A DNA stretch of 64,000 nucleotides from Eledone cirrhosa (Eukaryota): the NCBI GenBank assembly GCA_964016885.1, contig OZ024750.1, positions 39,680,001 through 39,744,000 of the forward strand. The letters are read 5' to 3'. The notes beneath the pieces were generated by a model that saw nothing but the letters and a program-made list of their open reading frames with translations, did not search any database and was not told the DNA's origin. The position numbers and the translations under genes are program-made. This document shows positions 47,805 to 60,000 of this stretch, piece by piece (the stretch's first letter is position 1; each line of letters starts with the position of its first letter).

Positions 47805-50800
47805 AGACAATGTCTTTTGATAGTATCTAGTAGTCCAATAGGCAATGTCTTTTGATAGTAGCTAGTAGTCCAATAGGCAATGTCTTTTGATAGTAGCTAG
47901 TAGTCCAATAGGCAGTGTCTTTTTATAGTAACTAGTAGTCCAATAGGCTGTCTTTTGATAGTAGCTAGTAGTTCAATAGGCAGTGTCTTTTGATAGTAGC
48001 TAGTAGTTCAATAGGCAGTGTCTTTTGATAGTAACTAGTAGTCCAATAGGCAATGTCTTTTGATAGTAACTAGTAGTCCAATAGGCGGTGTCTTTTGATA
48101 GTAGCTAGTAGTCCAATAGGCGGTGTCTTTTAATAGTAGCTAGTAGTCCAATAGGCAATGTCTTTTGATAGTAGCTAGTAGTCCAATAGGCAATGTCTTT
48201 TGATAGTAGCTAGTAGTCCAATAGGCAATGTCTTTTGATAGTAGCTAGTAGTCCAATAGGCAATGTCTTTTGATAGTAGCTAGTAGTCCTATAGACAATG
48301 TCTTTTGATAGTAGCTAGTAGTCCAATAGGCAATGTCTTTTGATAGTAACTAGTAGTCCAATAGGCAGTGTCTTTTGATAGTAGCTAGTAGTTCAATAGG
48401 CAGTGTCTTTTGATAGTAGTTAGTAGTCCAATAGGCAGTGTCTTTTGATAGTAGTTAGTAGTCCAATAGGCAGTGTCTTTTGATAGTAGTTAGTAGTCCA
48501 ATAGACATTGTCTTTTGATAGTAGCTAGTAGTCCAATAGGCAATGTCTTTTGATAGAAGCTAGTAGTCCAATAGGCAATGTCTTTTTATAGTAACTAGTA
48601 GTCCAATAGGCAGTGTCTTTTGATGGTAGCTAGTAGTTCAATAGGCAGTGTCTTTTGATAGTAGCTAGTAGTCCAATAGGCAATGTCTTTTGATAGTAAC
48701 TAGTAGTCCAATAGGCAATGTCTTTTGATAGTAACTAGTAGTCCTATAGGCGGTGTCTTTTGATAGTAGCTAGTAGTCCAATAGGCAGTGTCTTTTGATA
48801 GTAGTTAGTAGTCCAATAGGCAGTGTCTTTTGATAGTAGTTAGTAGTCCAATAGGCAATGTCTTTTGATAGTAAGTAGTAGTCCTATAGGCAGTGTCTTT
48901 TGATAGTAGCTAGTAGTCCCATAGGCAATGTCTTTTGATAGTAGCTAGTAGTCCAATAGGCAATGTCTTTTGATAGTAGTTAGTAGTCCAATAGGCAATG
49001 TCTTTTGATAGTAGCTAGTAGTCCAATAGGCAATGTCTTTTGATAGTAGCTAGTAGTCCTATAGGCAATGTCTTTTGATAGTAGCTAGTAGTCCAATAGG
49101 CAATGTCTTTTGATAGTAGTTAGTAGTCCAATAGGCAGTGTCTTTTGATAGTAGTTAGTAGTCCAATAGGCAGTGTCTTTTGATAGTAGTTAGTAGTCCA
49201 ATAGACAATGTCTTTTGATAGTAACTAGTAGTCCAATAGGCAATGTCTTTTGATAGTAGCTAGTAGTCCAATAGGCAATGTCTTTTGATAGTAGCTAGTA
49301 GTCCAATAGGCAGTGTCTTTTTATAGTAACTAGTAGTCCAATAGGCTGTCTTTTGATAGTAGCTAGTAGTTCAATAGGCAGTGTCTTTTGATAGTAGCTA
49401 GTAGTTCAATAGGCAGTGTCTTTTGATAGTAGCTAGTAGTCCAATAGGCAATGTCTTTTGATAGTAACTAGTAGTCCAATAGGCAATGTCTTTTGATAGT
49501 AACTAGTAGTCCAATAGGCGGTGTCTTTTGATAGTAGCTAGTAGTCCAATAGGCGGTGTCTTTTGATAGTAGCTAGTAGTCCAATAGGCAATGTCTTTTG
49601 ATAGTAGCTAGTAGTCCAATAGGCAATGTCTTTTGATAGTAGCTAGTAGTCCAATAGGCAATGTCTTTTGATAGTAGCTAGTAGTCCAATAGGCAATGTC
49701 TTTTGATAGTAGCTAGTAGTCCTATAGGCAATGTCTTTTGATAGTAGCTAGTAGTCCAATAGGCAATGTCTTTTGATAGTAACTAGTAGTCCAATAGGCA
49801 GTGTCTTTTGATAGTAGCTAGTAGTTCAATAGGCAGTGTCTTTTGATAGTAGTTAGTAGTCCAATAGGCAGTGTCTTTTGATAGTAGTTAGTAGTCCAAT
49901 AGGCAATGTCTTTTGATAGTAGTTAGTAGTCCAATAGACAATGTCTTTTGATAGTAGCTAGTAGTCCAATAGGCAATGTCTTTTGATAGAAGCTAGTAGT
50001 CCAATAGGCAATGTCTTTTGATAGTAGCGAGTAGTCCAATAGGCAATGTCTTTTGATAGTAACTAGTAGTCCAATAGGCAGTGTCTTTTTATAGTAACTA
50101 GTAGTCCAATAGGCAATGTCTTTTGATAGTAAGTAGTAGTCCTATAGGCAGTGTCTTTTGATAGTAACTAGTAGTCCAATAGGCAATGTCTTTTGATAGT
50201 AACTAGTAGTCCAATAGGCAATGTCTTTTGATAGTAGCTAGTAGTCCAATAGGCAGTGTCTTTTGATAGTAGTTAGTAGTCCAATAGGCAGTGTCTTTTG
50301 ATAGTAGTTAGTAGTCCAATAGGCAATGTCTTTTGATAGTAAGTAGTAGTCCTATAGGCAGTGTCTTTTGATAGTAGCTAGTAGTCCTATAGGCAATGTC
50401 TTTTGATAGTAGCTAGTAGTCCAATAGGCAATGCCTTTTGATAGTAGTTAGTAGTCCAATAGGCAATGTCTTTTGATAGTAACTAGTAGTCCAATAGGCA
50501 ATGTCTTTTGATAGTAGCTAGTAGTCCAATAGGCAATGTCTTTTGATAGTAGTTAGTAGTCCAATAGGCAATGTCTTTTGATAGTAGCTAGTAGTCCAAT
50601 AGGCAATGTCTTTTGATAGTAGCTAGTAGTCCAATAGGCAATGTCTTTTGATAGTAGCTAGTAGTCCAATAGGCAATGTCTTTTGATAGTAGCTAGTAGT
50701 CCAATAGGCAGTGTCTTTTTATAGTAACTAGTAGTCCAATAGGCTGTCTTTTGATAGTAGCTAGTAGTTCAATAGGCAGTGTCTTTTGATAGTAGCTAGT

Positions 50801-53199
50801 AGTTCAATAGGCAGTGTCTTTTGATAGTAGCTAGTAGTCCAATAGGCAATGTCTTTTGATAGTAACTAGTAGTCCAATAGGCAATGTCTTTTGATAGTAA
50901 CTAGTAGTCCAATAGGCGGTGTCTTTTGATAGTAGCTAGTAGTCCAATAGGCGGTGTCTTTTGATAGTAGCTAGTAGTCCAATAGGCAATGTCTTTTGAT
51001 AGTAGCTAGTAGTCCAATAGGCAATGTCTTTTGATAGTAGCTAGTAGTCCAATAGGCAATGTCTTTTGATAGTAGCTAGTAGTCCAATAGGCAAAATCTT
51101 TTGATAGTAACTAGTAGTCCTATAGGCAATGTCTTTTGATAGTAGCTAGTAGTCCTGTAGGCAATGTCTTTTGATAGTAGCTAGTAGTCCAATAGGCAAT
51201 GTCTTTTGATAGTAACTAGTAGTCCAATAGGCAATGTCTTTTGATAGTAGCTAGTAGTCCAATAGGCAATGTCTTTTGATAGTAGTTAGTAGTCCAATAG
51301 GCAATGTCTTTTGATAGTAGTTAGTAGTCCAATAGGCAGTGTCTTTTGATAGTAGTTAGTAGTCCAATAGACAATGTCTTTTGATAGTAGCTAGTAGTCC
51401 AATAGGCAATGTCTTTTGATAGTAGCTAGTAGTCCAATAGGCAGTGTCTTTTTATAGTAACTAGTAGTCCAATAGGCAGTGTCTTTTGATAGTAGCTAGT
51501 AGTTCAATAGGCAGTGTCTTTTGATAGTAGCTAGTAGTCCAATAGGCAATGTCTTTTGATAGTAACTAGTAGTCCAATAGGCAATGTCTTTTGATAGTAA
51601 CTAGTAGTCCTATAGGCGGTGTCTTTTGATAGTAGCTAGTAGTCCAATAGGCAGTGTCTTTTGATAGTAGCTAGTAGTCCATTAGGCAATGTCTTTTGAT
51701 AGTAACTAGTAGTCCAATAGGCAGTGTCTTTTTATAGTAACTAGTAGTCCAATAGGCAATGTCTTTTGATAGTAACTAGTAGTCCAATAGGCGGTGTCTT
51801 TTGATAGTAGCTAGTTGTCCAATAGGCGGTGTCTTTTGATAGTAGCTAGTAGTCCAATAGGCAATGTCTTTTGATAGTAGCTAGTAGTCCAATAGGCAAT
51901 GTCTTTTGATAGTAACTAGTAGTCCAATAGACAGTGTCTTTTGATAGTAACTAGTAGTCCAATAGGCAGTGTCTTTTGATAGTAACTAGTAGTCCAATAG
52001 GCGGTGTCTTTTGATAGTAGCTAGTAGTCCAATAGGCAGTGTCTTTTTATAGTAGCTAGTAGTCCAATAGGCAGTGTCTTTTGATAGTAGCTAGTAGTCC
52101 AATAGGCAGTGTCTTTTGATAGTAACTAGTAGTCCAATAGACAATGTCTTTTGATAGTAACTAGTAGTCCAATAGGCAATGTCTTTTGATAGTAGCTAGT
52201 AGTCCAATAGGCAGTGTCTTTTGATAGTAACTAGTAGTCCAATAGGCAATGTCTTTTGATAGTAACTAGTAGTCCAATAGGCAATGTCTTTTGATAGTAG
52301 CTAGTAGTCCAATAGGCAATGTCTTTTGATAGTAGCGAGTAGTCCAATAGGCAATGTCTTTTGATAGTAACTAGTAGTCCAATAGGCAGTGTCTTTTTAT
52401 AGTAGCTAGTAGTTCAATAGGCAGTGTCTTTTGATAGTAGCTAGTAGTCCAATAGGCAATGTCTTTTGATAGTAACTAGTAGTCCAATAGGCAATGTCTT
52501 TTGATAGTAACTAGTAGTCCAATAGGCGGTGTCTTTTGATAGTAGCTAGTAGTCCATTAGGCAATGTCTTTTGATAGTAACTAGTAGTCCAATAGGCAGT
52601 GTCTTTTTATAGTAACTAGTAGTCCAATAGGCAATGTCTTTTGATAGTAAGTAGTAGTCCTATAGGCAGTGTCTTTTGATAGTAACTAGTAGTCCAATAG
52701 GCAATGTCTTTTGATAGTAGCTAGTAGTCCAATAGGCAATGTCTTTTGATAGTAGCTAGTAGTCCAATAGGCAGTGTCTTTTGATAGTAGTTAGTAGTCC
52801 AATAGGCAATGTCTTTTGATAGTAAGTAGTAGTCCTATAGGCAGTGTCTTTTGATAGTAGCTAGTAGTCCTATAGGCAATGTCTTTTGATAGTAGCTAGT
52901 AGTCCAATAGGCAATGTCTTTTGATAGTAGTTAGTAGTCCAATAGGCAATGTCTTTTGATAGTAGCTAGTAGTCCAATAGGCAATGTCTTTTGATAGTAG
53001 TTAGTAGTCCAATAGGCAGTGTCTTTTGATAGTAGTTAGTAGTCCAATAGGCAGTGTCTTTTGATAGTAGTTAGTAGTCCAATAGACAATGTCTTTTGAT
53101 AGTAACTAGTAGTCCAATAGGCAATGTCTTTTGATAGTAGCTAGTAGTCCAATAGGCAATGTCTTTTGATAGTAGCTAGTAGTCCAATAGGCAGTGTCT

Positions 53200-56100
53200 T
53201 TTTATAGTAACTAGTAGTCCAATAGGCTGTCTTTTGATAGTAGCTAGTAGTTCAATAGGCAGTGTCTTTTGATAGTAGCTAGTAGTTCAATAGGCAGTGT
53301 CTTTTGATAGTAGCTAGTAGTCCAATAGGCAATGTCTTTTGATAGTAACTAGTAGTCCAATAGGCAATGTCTTTTGATAGTAACTAGTAGTCCAATAGGC
53401 GGTGTCTTTTGATAGTAGCTAGTAGTCCAATAGGCGGTGTCTTTTAATAGTAGCTAGTAGTCCAATAGGCAATGTCTTTTGATAGTAGCTAGTAGTCCAA
53501 TAGGCAATGTCTTTTGATAGTAGCTAGTAGTCCAATAGGCAATGTCTTTTGATAGTAGCTAGTAGTCCAATAGGCAATGTCTTTTGATAGTAGCTAGTAG
53601 TCCTATAGGCAATGTCTTTTGATAGTAGCTAGTAGTCCAATAGGCAATGTCTTTTGATAGTAACTAGTAGTCCAATAGGCAGTGTCTTTTGATAGTAGCT
53701 AGTAGTTCAATAGGCAGTGTCTTTTGATAGTAGTTAGTAGTCCAATAGGCAGTGTCTTTTGATAGTAGTTAGTAGTCCAATAGGCAGTGTCTTTTGATAG
53801 TAGTTAGTAGTCCAATAGACATTGTCTTTTGATAGTAGCTAGTAGTCCAATAGGCAATGTCTTTTGATAGAAGCTAGTAGTCCAATAGGCAATGTCTTTT
53901 GATAGTAGCGAGTAGTCCAATAGGCAATGTCTTTTGATAGTAACTAGTAGTCCAATAGGCAGTGTCTTTTTATAGTAACTAGTAGTCCAATAGGCAATGT
54001 CTTTTGATAGTAAGTAGTAGTCCTATAGGCAGTGTCTTTTGATAGTAACTAGTAGTCCAATAGGCAATGTCTTTTGATAGTAACTAGTAGTCCAATAGGC
54101 AATGTCTTTTGATAGTAGCTAGTAGTCCAATAGGCAGTGTCTTTTGATAGTAGTTAGTAGTCCAATAGGCAGTGTCTTTTGATAGTAGTTAGTAGTCCAA
54201 TAGGCAATGTCTTTTGATAGTAAGTAGTAGTCCTATAGGCAGTGTCTTTTGATAGTAGCTAGTAGTCCTATAGGCAATGTCTTTTGATAGTAGCTAGTAG
54301 TCCAATAGGCAATGCCTTTTGATAGTTGTTAGTAGTCCAATAGGCAATGTCTTTTGATAGTAACTAGTAGTCCAATAGGCAATGTCTTTTGATAGTAGCT
54401 AGTAGTCCAATAGGCAATGTCTTTTGATAGTAGTTAGTAGTCCAATAGGCAATGTCTTTTGATAGTAGCTAGTAGTCCAATAGGCAATGTCTTTTGATAG
54501 TAGCTAGTAGTCCAATAGGCAGTGTCTTTTGATAGTAGCTAGTAGTCCAATAGGCAGTGTCTTTTGATAGTAGTTAGTAGTCCAATAGGCAGTGTCTTTT
54601 GATAGTAGTTAGTAGTCCAATAGGCAATGTCTTTTGATAGTAAGTAGTAGTCCTATAGGCAGTGTCTTTTAATAGTAGCTAGTAGTCCTATAGGCAATGT
54701 CTTTTGATAGTAGCTAGTAGTCCAATAGGCAATGCCTTTTGATAGTAGTTAGTAGTCCAATAGGCAATGTCTTTTGATAGTAACTAGTAGTCCAATAGGC
54801 AATGTCTTTTGATAGTAGCTAGTAGTCCAATAGGCAATGTCTTTTGATAGTAGTTAGTAGTCCAATAGGCAATGTCTTTTGATAGTAGCTAGTAGTCCAA
54901 TAGGCAATGTCTTTTGATAGTAGCTAGTAGTCCAATAGGCAATGTCTTTTGATAGTAGCTAGTAGTCCAATAGGCAATGTCTTTTGATAGTAGCTAGTAG
55001 TCCAATAGGCAGTCTTTTTATAGTAACTAGTAGTCCAATAGGCTGTCTTTTGATAGTAGCTAGTAGTTCAATAGGCAGTGTCTTTTGATAGTAGCTAGTA
55101 GTTCAATAGGCAGTGTCTTTTGATAGTAGCTAGTAGTCCAATAGGCAATGTCTTTTGATAGTAACTAGTAGTCCAATAGGCAATGTCTTTTGATAGTAAC
55201 TAGTAGTCCAATAGGCGGTGTCTTTTGATAGTAGCTAGTAGTCCAATAGGCGGTGTCTTTTAATAGTAGCTAGTAGTCCAATAGGCAATGTCTTTTGATA
55301 GTAGCTAGTAGTCCAATAGGCAATGTCTTTTGATAGTAGCTAGTAGTCCAATAGGCAATGTCTTTTGATAGTAGCTAGTAGTCCAATAGGCAATGTCTTT
55401 TGATAGTAGCTAGTAGTCCTATAGGCAATGTCTTTTGATAGTAGCTAGTAGTCCAATAGGCAATGTCTTTTGATAGTAACTAGTAGTCCAATAGGCAGTG
55501 TCTTTTGATAGTAGCTAGTAGTTCAATAGGCAGTGTCTTTTGATAGTAGTTAGTAGTCCAATAGGCAGTGTCTTTTGATAGTAGTTAGTAGTCCAATAGG
55601 CAGTGTCTTTTGATAGTAGTTAGTAGTCCAATAGACATTGTCTTTTGATAGTAGCTAGTAGTCCAATAGGCAATGTCTTTTGATAGAAGCTAGTAGTCCA
55701 ATAGGCAATGTCTTTTGATAGTAGCGAGTAGTCCAATAGGCAATGTCTTTTGATAGTAACTAGTAGTCCAATAGGCAGTGTCTTTTTATAGTAACTAGTA
55801 GTCCAATAGGCAATGTCTTTTGATAGTAAGTAGTAGTCCTATAGGCAGTGTCTTTTGATAGTAACTAGTAGTCCAATAGGCAATGTCTTTTGATAGTAAC
55901 TAGTAGTCCAATAGGCAATGTCTTTTGATAGTAGCTAGTAGTCCAATAGGCAGTGTCTTTTGATAGTAGTTAGTAGTCCAATAGGCAGTGTCTTTTGATA
56001 GTAGTTAGTAGTCCAATAGGCAATGTCTTTTGATAGTAAGTAGTAGTCCTATAGGCAGTGTCTTTTGATAGTAGCTAGTAGTCCTATAGGCAATGTCTTT

Positions 56101-57075
56101 TGATAGTAGCTAGTAGTCCAATAGGCAATGCCTTTTGATAGTTGTTAGTAGTCCAATAGGCAATGTCTTTTGATAGTAACTAGTAGTCCAATAGGCAATG
56201 TCTTTTGATAGTAGCTAGTAGTCCAATAGGCAATGTCTTTTGATAGTAGTTAGTAGTCCAATAGGCAATGTCTTTTGATAGTAGCTAGTAGTCCAATAGG
56301 CAATGTCTTTTGATAGTAGCTAGTAGTCCAATAGGCAGTGTCTTTTGATAGTAGCTAGTAGTCCAATAGGCAGTGTCTTTTGATAGTAGTTAGTAGTCCA
56401 ATAGGCAGTGTCTTTTGATAGTAGTTAGTAGTCCAATAGGCAATGTCTTTTGATAGTAAGTAGTAGTCCTATAGGCAGTGTCTTTTAATAGTAGCTAGTA
56501 GTCCTATAGGCAATGTCTTTTGATAGTAGCTAGTAGTCCAATAGGCAATGCCTTTTGATAGTAGTTAGTAGTCCAATAGGCAATGTCTTTTGATAGTAAC
56601 TAGTAGTCCAATAGGCAATGTCTTTTGATAGTAGCTAGTAGTCCAATAGGCAATGTCTTTTGATAGTAGTTAGTAGTCCAATAGGCAATGTCTTTTGATA
56701 GTAGCTAGTAGTCCAATAGGCAATGTCTTTTGATAGTAGCTAGTAGTCCAATAGGCAATGTCTTTTGATAGTAGCTAGTAGTCCAATAGGCAATGTCTTT
56801 TGATAGTAGCTAGTAGTCCAATAGGCAGTCTTTTTATAGTAACTAGTAGTCCAATAGGCTGTCTTTTGATAGTAGCTAGTAGTTCAATAGGCAGTGTCTT
56901 TTGATAGTAGCTAGTAGTTCAATAGGCAGTGTCTTTTGATAGTAGCTAGTAGTCCAATAGGCAATGTCTTTTGATAGTAACTAGTAGTCCAATAGGCAAT
57001 GTCTTTTGATAGTAACTAGTAGTCCAATAGGCGGTGTCTTTTGATAGTAGCTAGTAGTCCAATAGGCGGTGTCTT
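53200..57075. repeat. 1,816-bp (52-monomer) tandem duplication within the satellite
   Basis: Rare variants at offset 1816: 53446/55262, 53817/55633, 54321/56137, 54671/56487, 55008/56824. Confidence 0.92.
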
Positions 57076-60000
57076 TTGATAGTAGCTAGTAGTCCAATAG
57101 GCAATGTCTTTTGATAGTAGCTAGTAGTCGAATAGGCAATGTCTTTTGATAGTAGCTAGTAGTCCAATAGGCAATGTCTTTTGATAGGAGCTAGTAGTCC
57201 AATAGGCAAAATCTTTTGATAGTAACTAGTAGTCCTATAGGCAATGTCTTTTGATAGTAGCTAGTAGTCCTGTAGGCAATGTCTTTTGATAGTAGCTAGT
57301 AGTCCAATAGGCAATGTCTTTTGATAGTAACTAGTAGTCCAATAGGCAATGTCTTTTGATAGTAGCTAGTAGTCCAATAGGCAATGTCTTTTGATAGTAG
57401 TTAGTAGTCCAATAGGCAATGTCTTTTGATAGTAGTTAGTAGTCCAATAGGCAGTGTCTTTTGATAGTAGTTAGTAGTCCAATAGACAATGTCTTTTGAT
57501 AGTAGCTAGTAGTCCAATAGGCAATGTCTTTTGATAGTAGCTAGTAGTCCAATAGGCAGTGTCTTTTTATAGTAACTAGTAGTCCAATAGGCAGTGTCTT
57601 TTGATAGTAGCTAGTAGTTCAATAGGCAGTGTCTTTTGATAGTAGCTAGTAGTCCAATAGGCAATGTCTTTTGATAGTAACTAGTAGTCCAATAGGCAAT
57701 GTCTTTTGATAGTAACTAGTAGTCCTATAGGCGGTGTCTTTTGATAGTAGCTAGTAGTCCAATAGGCAGTGTCTTTTGATAGTAGCTAGTAGTCCATTAG
57801 GCAATGTCTTTTGATAGTAACTAGTAGTCCAATAGGCAGTGTCTTTTTATAGTAACTAGTAGTCCAATAGGCAATGTCTTTTTATAGTAACTAGTAGTCC
57901 AATAGGCAATGTCTTTTGATAGTAACTAGTAGTCCAATAGGCGGTGTCTTTTGATAGTAGCTAGTTGTCCAATAGGCGGTGTCTTTTGATAGTAGCTAGT
58001 AGTCCAATAGGCAATGTCTTTTGATAGTAGCTAGTAGTCCAATAGGCAATGTCTTTTGATAGTAGCTAGTAGTCCAATAGGCAATGTCTTTTGATAGTAA
58101 CTAGTAGTCCAATAGGCAGTGTCTTTTGATAGTAACTAGTAGTCCAATAGGCAGTGTCTTTTGATAGTAACTAGTAGTCCAATAGGCGGTGTCTTTTGAT
58201 AGTAGCTAGTAGTCCAATAGGCAGTGTCTTTTGATAGTAGCTAGTAGTCCAATAGGCAGTGTCTTTTTATAGTAACTAGTAGTCCAATAGGCAGTGTCTT
58301 TTGATAGTAGCTAGTAGTCCAATAGGCAGTGTCTTTTGATAGTAACTAGTAGTCCAATAGACAATGTCTTTTGATAGTAACTAGTAGTCCAATAGGCAAT
58401 GTCTTTTGATAGTAGCTAGTAGTCCAATAGGCAGTGTCTTTTGATAGTAACTAGTAGTCCAATAGGCAATGTCTTTTGATAGTAGCTAGTAGTCCAATAG
58501 GCAATGTCTTTTGATAGTAGCGAGTAGTCCAATAGGCAATGTCTTTTGATAGTAACTAGTAGTCCAATAGGCAGTGTCTTTTTATAGTAGCTAGTAGTTC
58601 AATAGGCAGTGTCTTTTGATAGTAGCTAGTAGTCCAATAGGCAATGTCTTTTGATAGTAACTAGTAGTCCAATAGGCGGTGTCTTTTGATAGTAGCTAGT
58701 AGTCCAATAGGCAGTGTCTTTTGATAGTAGCTAGTAGTCCATTAGGCAATGTCTTTTGATAGTAACTAGTAGTCCAATAGGCAGTGTCTTTTTATAGTAA
58801 CTAGTAGTCCAATAGGCAATGTCTTTTGATAGTAAGTAGTAGTCCTATAGGCAGTGTCTTTTGATAGTAACTAGTAGTCCAATAGGCAATGTCTTTTGAT
58901 AGTAGCTAGTAGTCCAATAGGCAATGTCTTTTGATAGTAGCTAGTAGTCCAATAGGCAGTGTCTTTTGATAGTAGTTAGTAGTCCAATAGGCAGTGTCTT
59001 TTGATAGTAGTTAGTAGTCCAATAGGCAATGTCTTTTGATAGTAAGTAGTAGTCCTATAGGCAGTGTCTTTTGATAGTAGCTAGTAGTCCTATAGGCAAT
59101 GTCTTTTGATAGTAGCTAGTAGTCCAATAGGCAATGTCTTTTGATAGTAGTTAGTAGTCCAATAGGCAATGTCTTTTGATAGTAGCTAGTAGTCCAATAG
59201 GCAATGTCTTTTGATAGTAGCTAGTAGTCCTATAGGCAATGTCTTTTGATAGTAGCTAGTAGTCCAATAGGCAATGTCTTTTGATAGTAGTTAGTAGTCC
59301 AATAGGCAGTGTCTTTTGATAGTAGTTAGTAGTCCAATAGGCAGTGTCTTTTGATAGTAGTTAGTAGTCCAATAGACAATGTCTTTTGATAGTAACTAGT
59401 AGTCCAATAGGCAATGTCTTTTGATAGTAGCTAGTAGTCCAATAGGCAATGTCTTTTGATAGTAGCTAGTAGTCCAATAGGCAGTCTTTTTATAGTAACT
59501 AGTAGTCCAATAGGCTGTCTTTTGATAGTAGCTAGTAGTTCAATAGGCAGTGTCTTTTGATAGTATCTAGTAGTTCAATAGGCAGTGTCTTTTGATAGTA
59601 GCTAGTAGTCCAATAGGCAATGTCTTTTGATAGTAACTAGTAGTCCAATAGGCAATGTCTTTTGATAGTAACTAGTAGTCCAATAGGCGGTGTCTTTTGA
59701 TAGTAGGTAGTAGTCCAATAGGCGGTGTCTTTTGATAGTAGCTAGTAGTCCAATAGGCAATGTCTTTTGATAGTAGCTAGTAGTCCAATAGGCAATGTCT
59801 TTTGATAGTAGCTAGTAGTCCAATAGGCAATGTCTTTTGATAGTAGCTAGTAGTCCAATAGGCAATGTCTTTTGATAGTAGCTAGTAGTCCTATAGGCAA
59901 TGTCTTTTGATAGTAGCTAGTAGTCCAATAGGCAATGTCTTTTGATAGTAACTAGTAGTCCAATAGGCAGTGTCTTTTGATAGTAGCTAGTAGTTCAATA

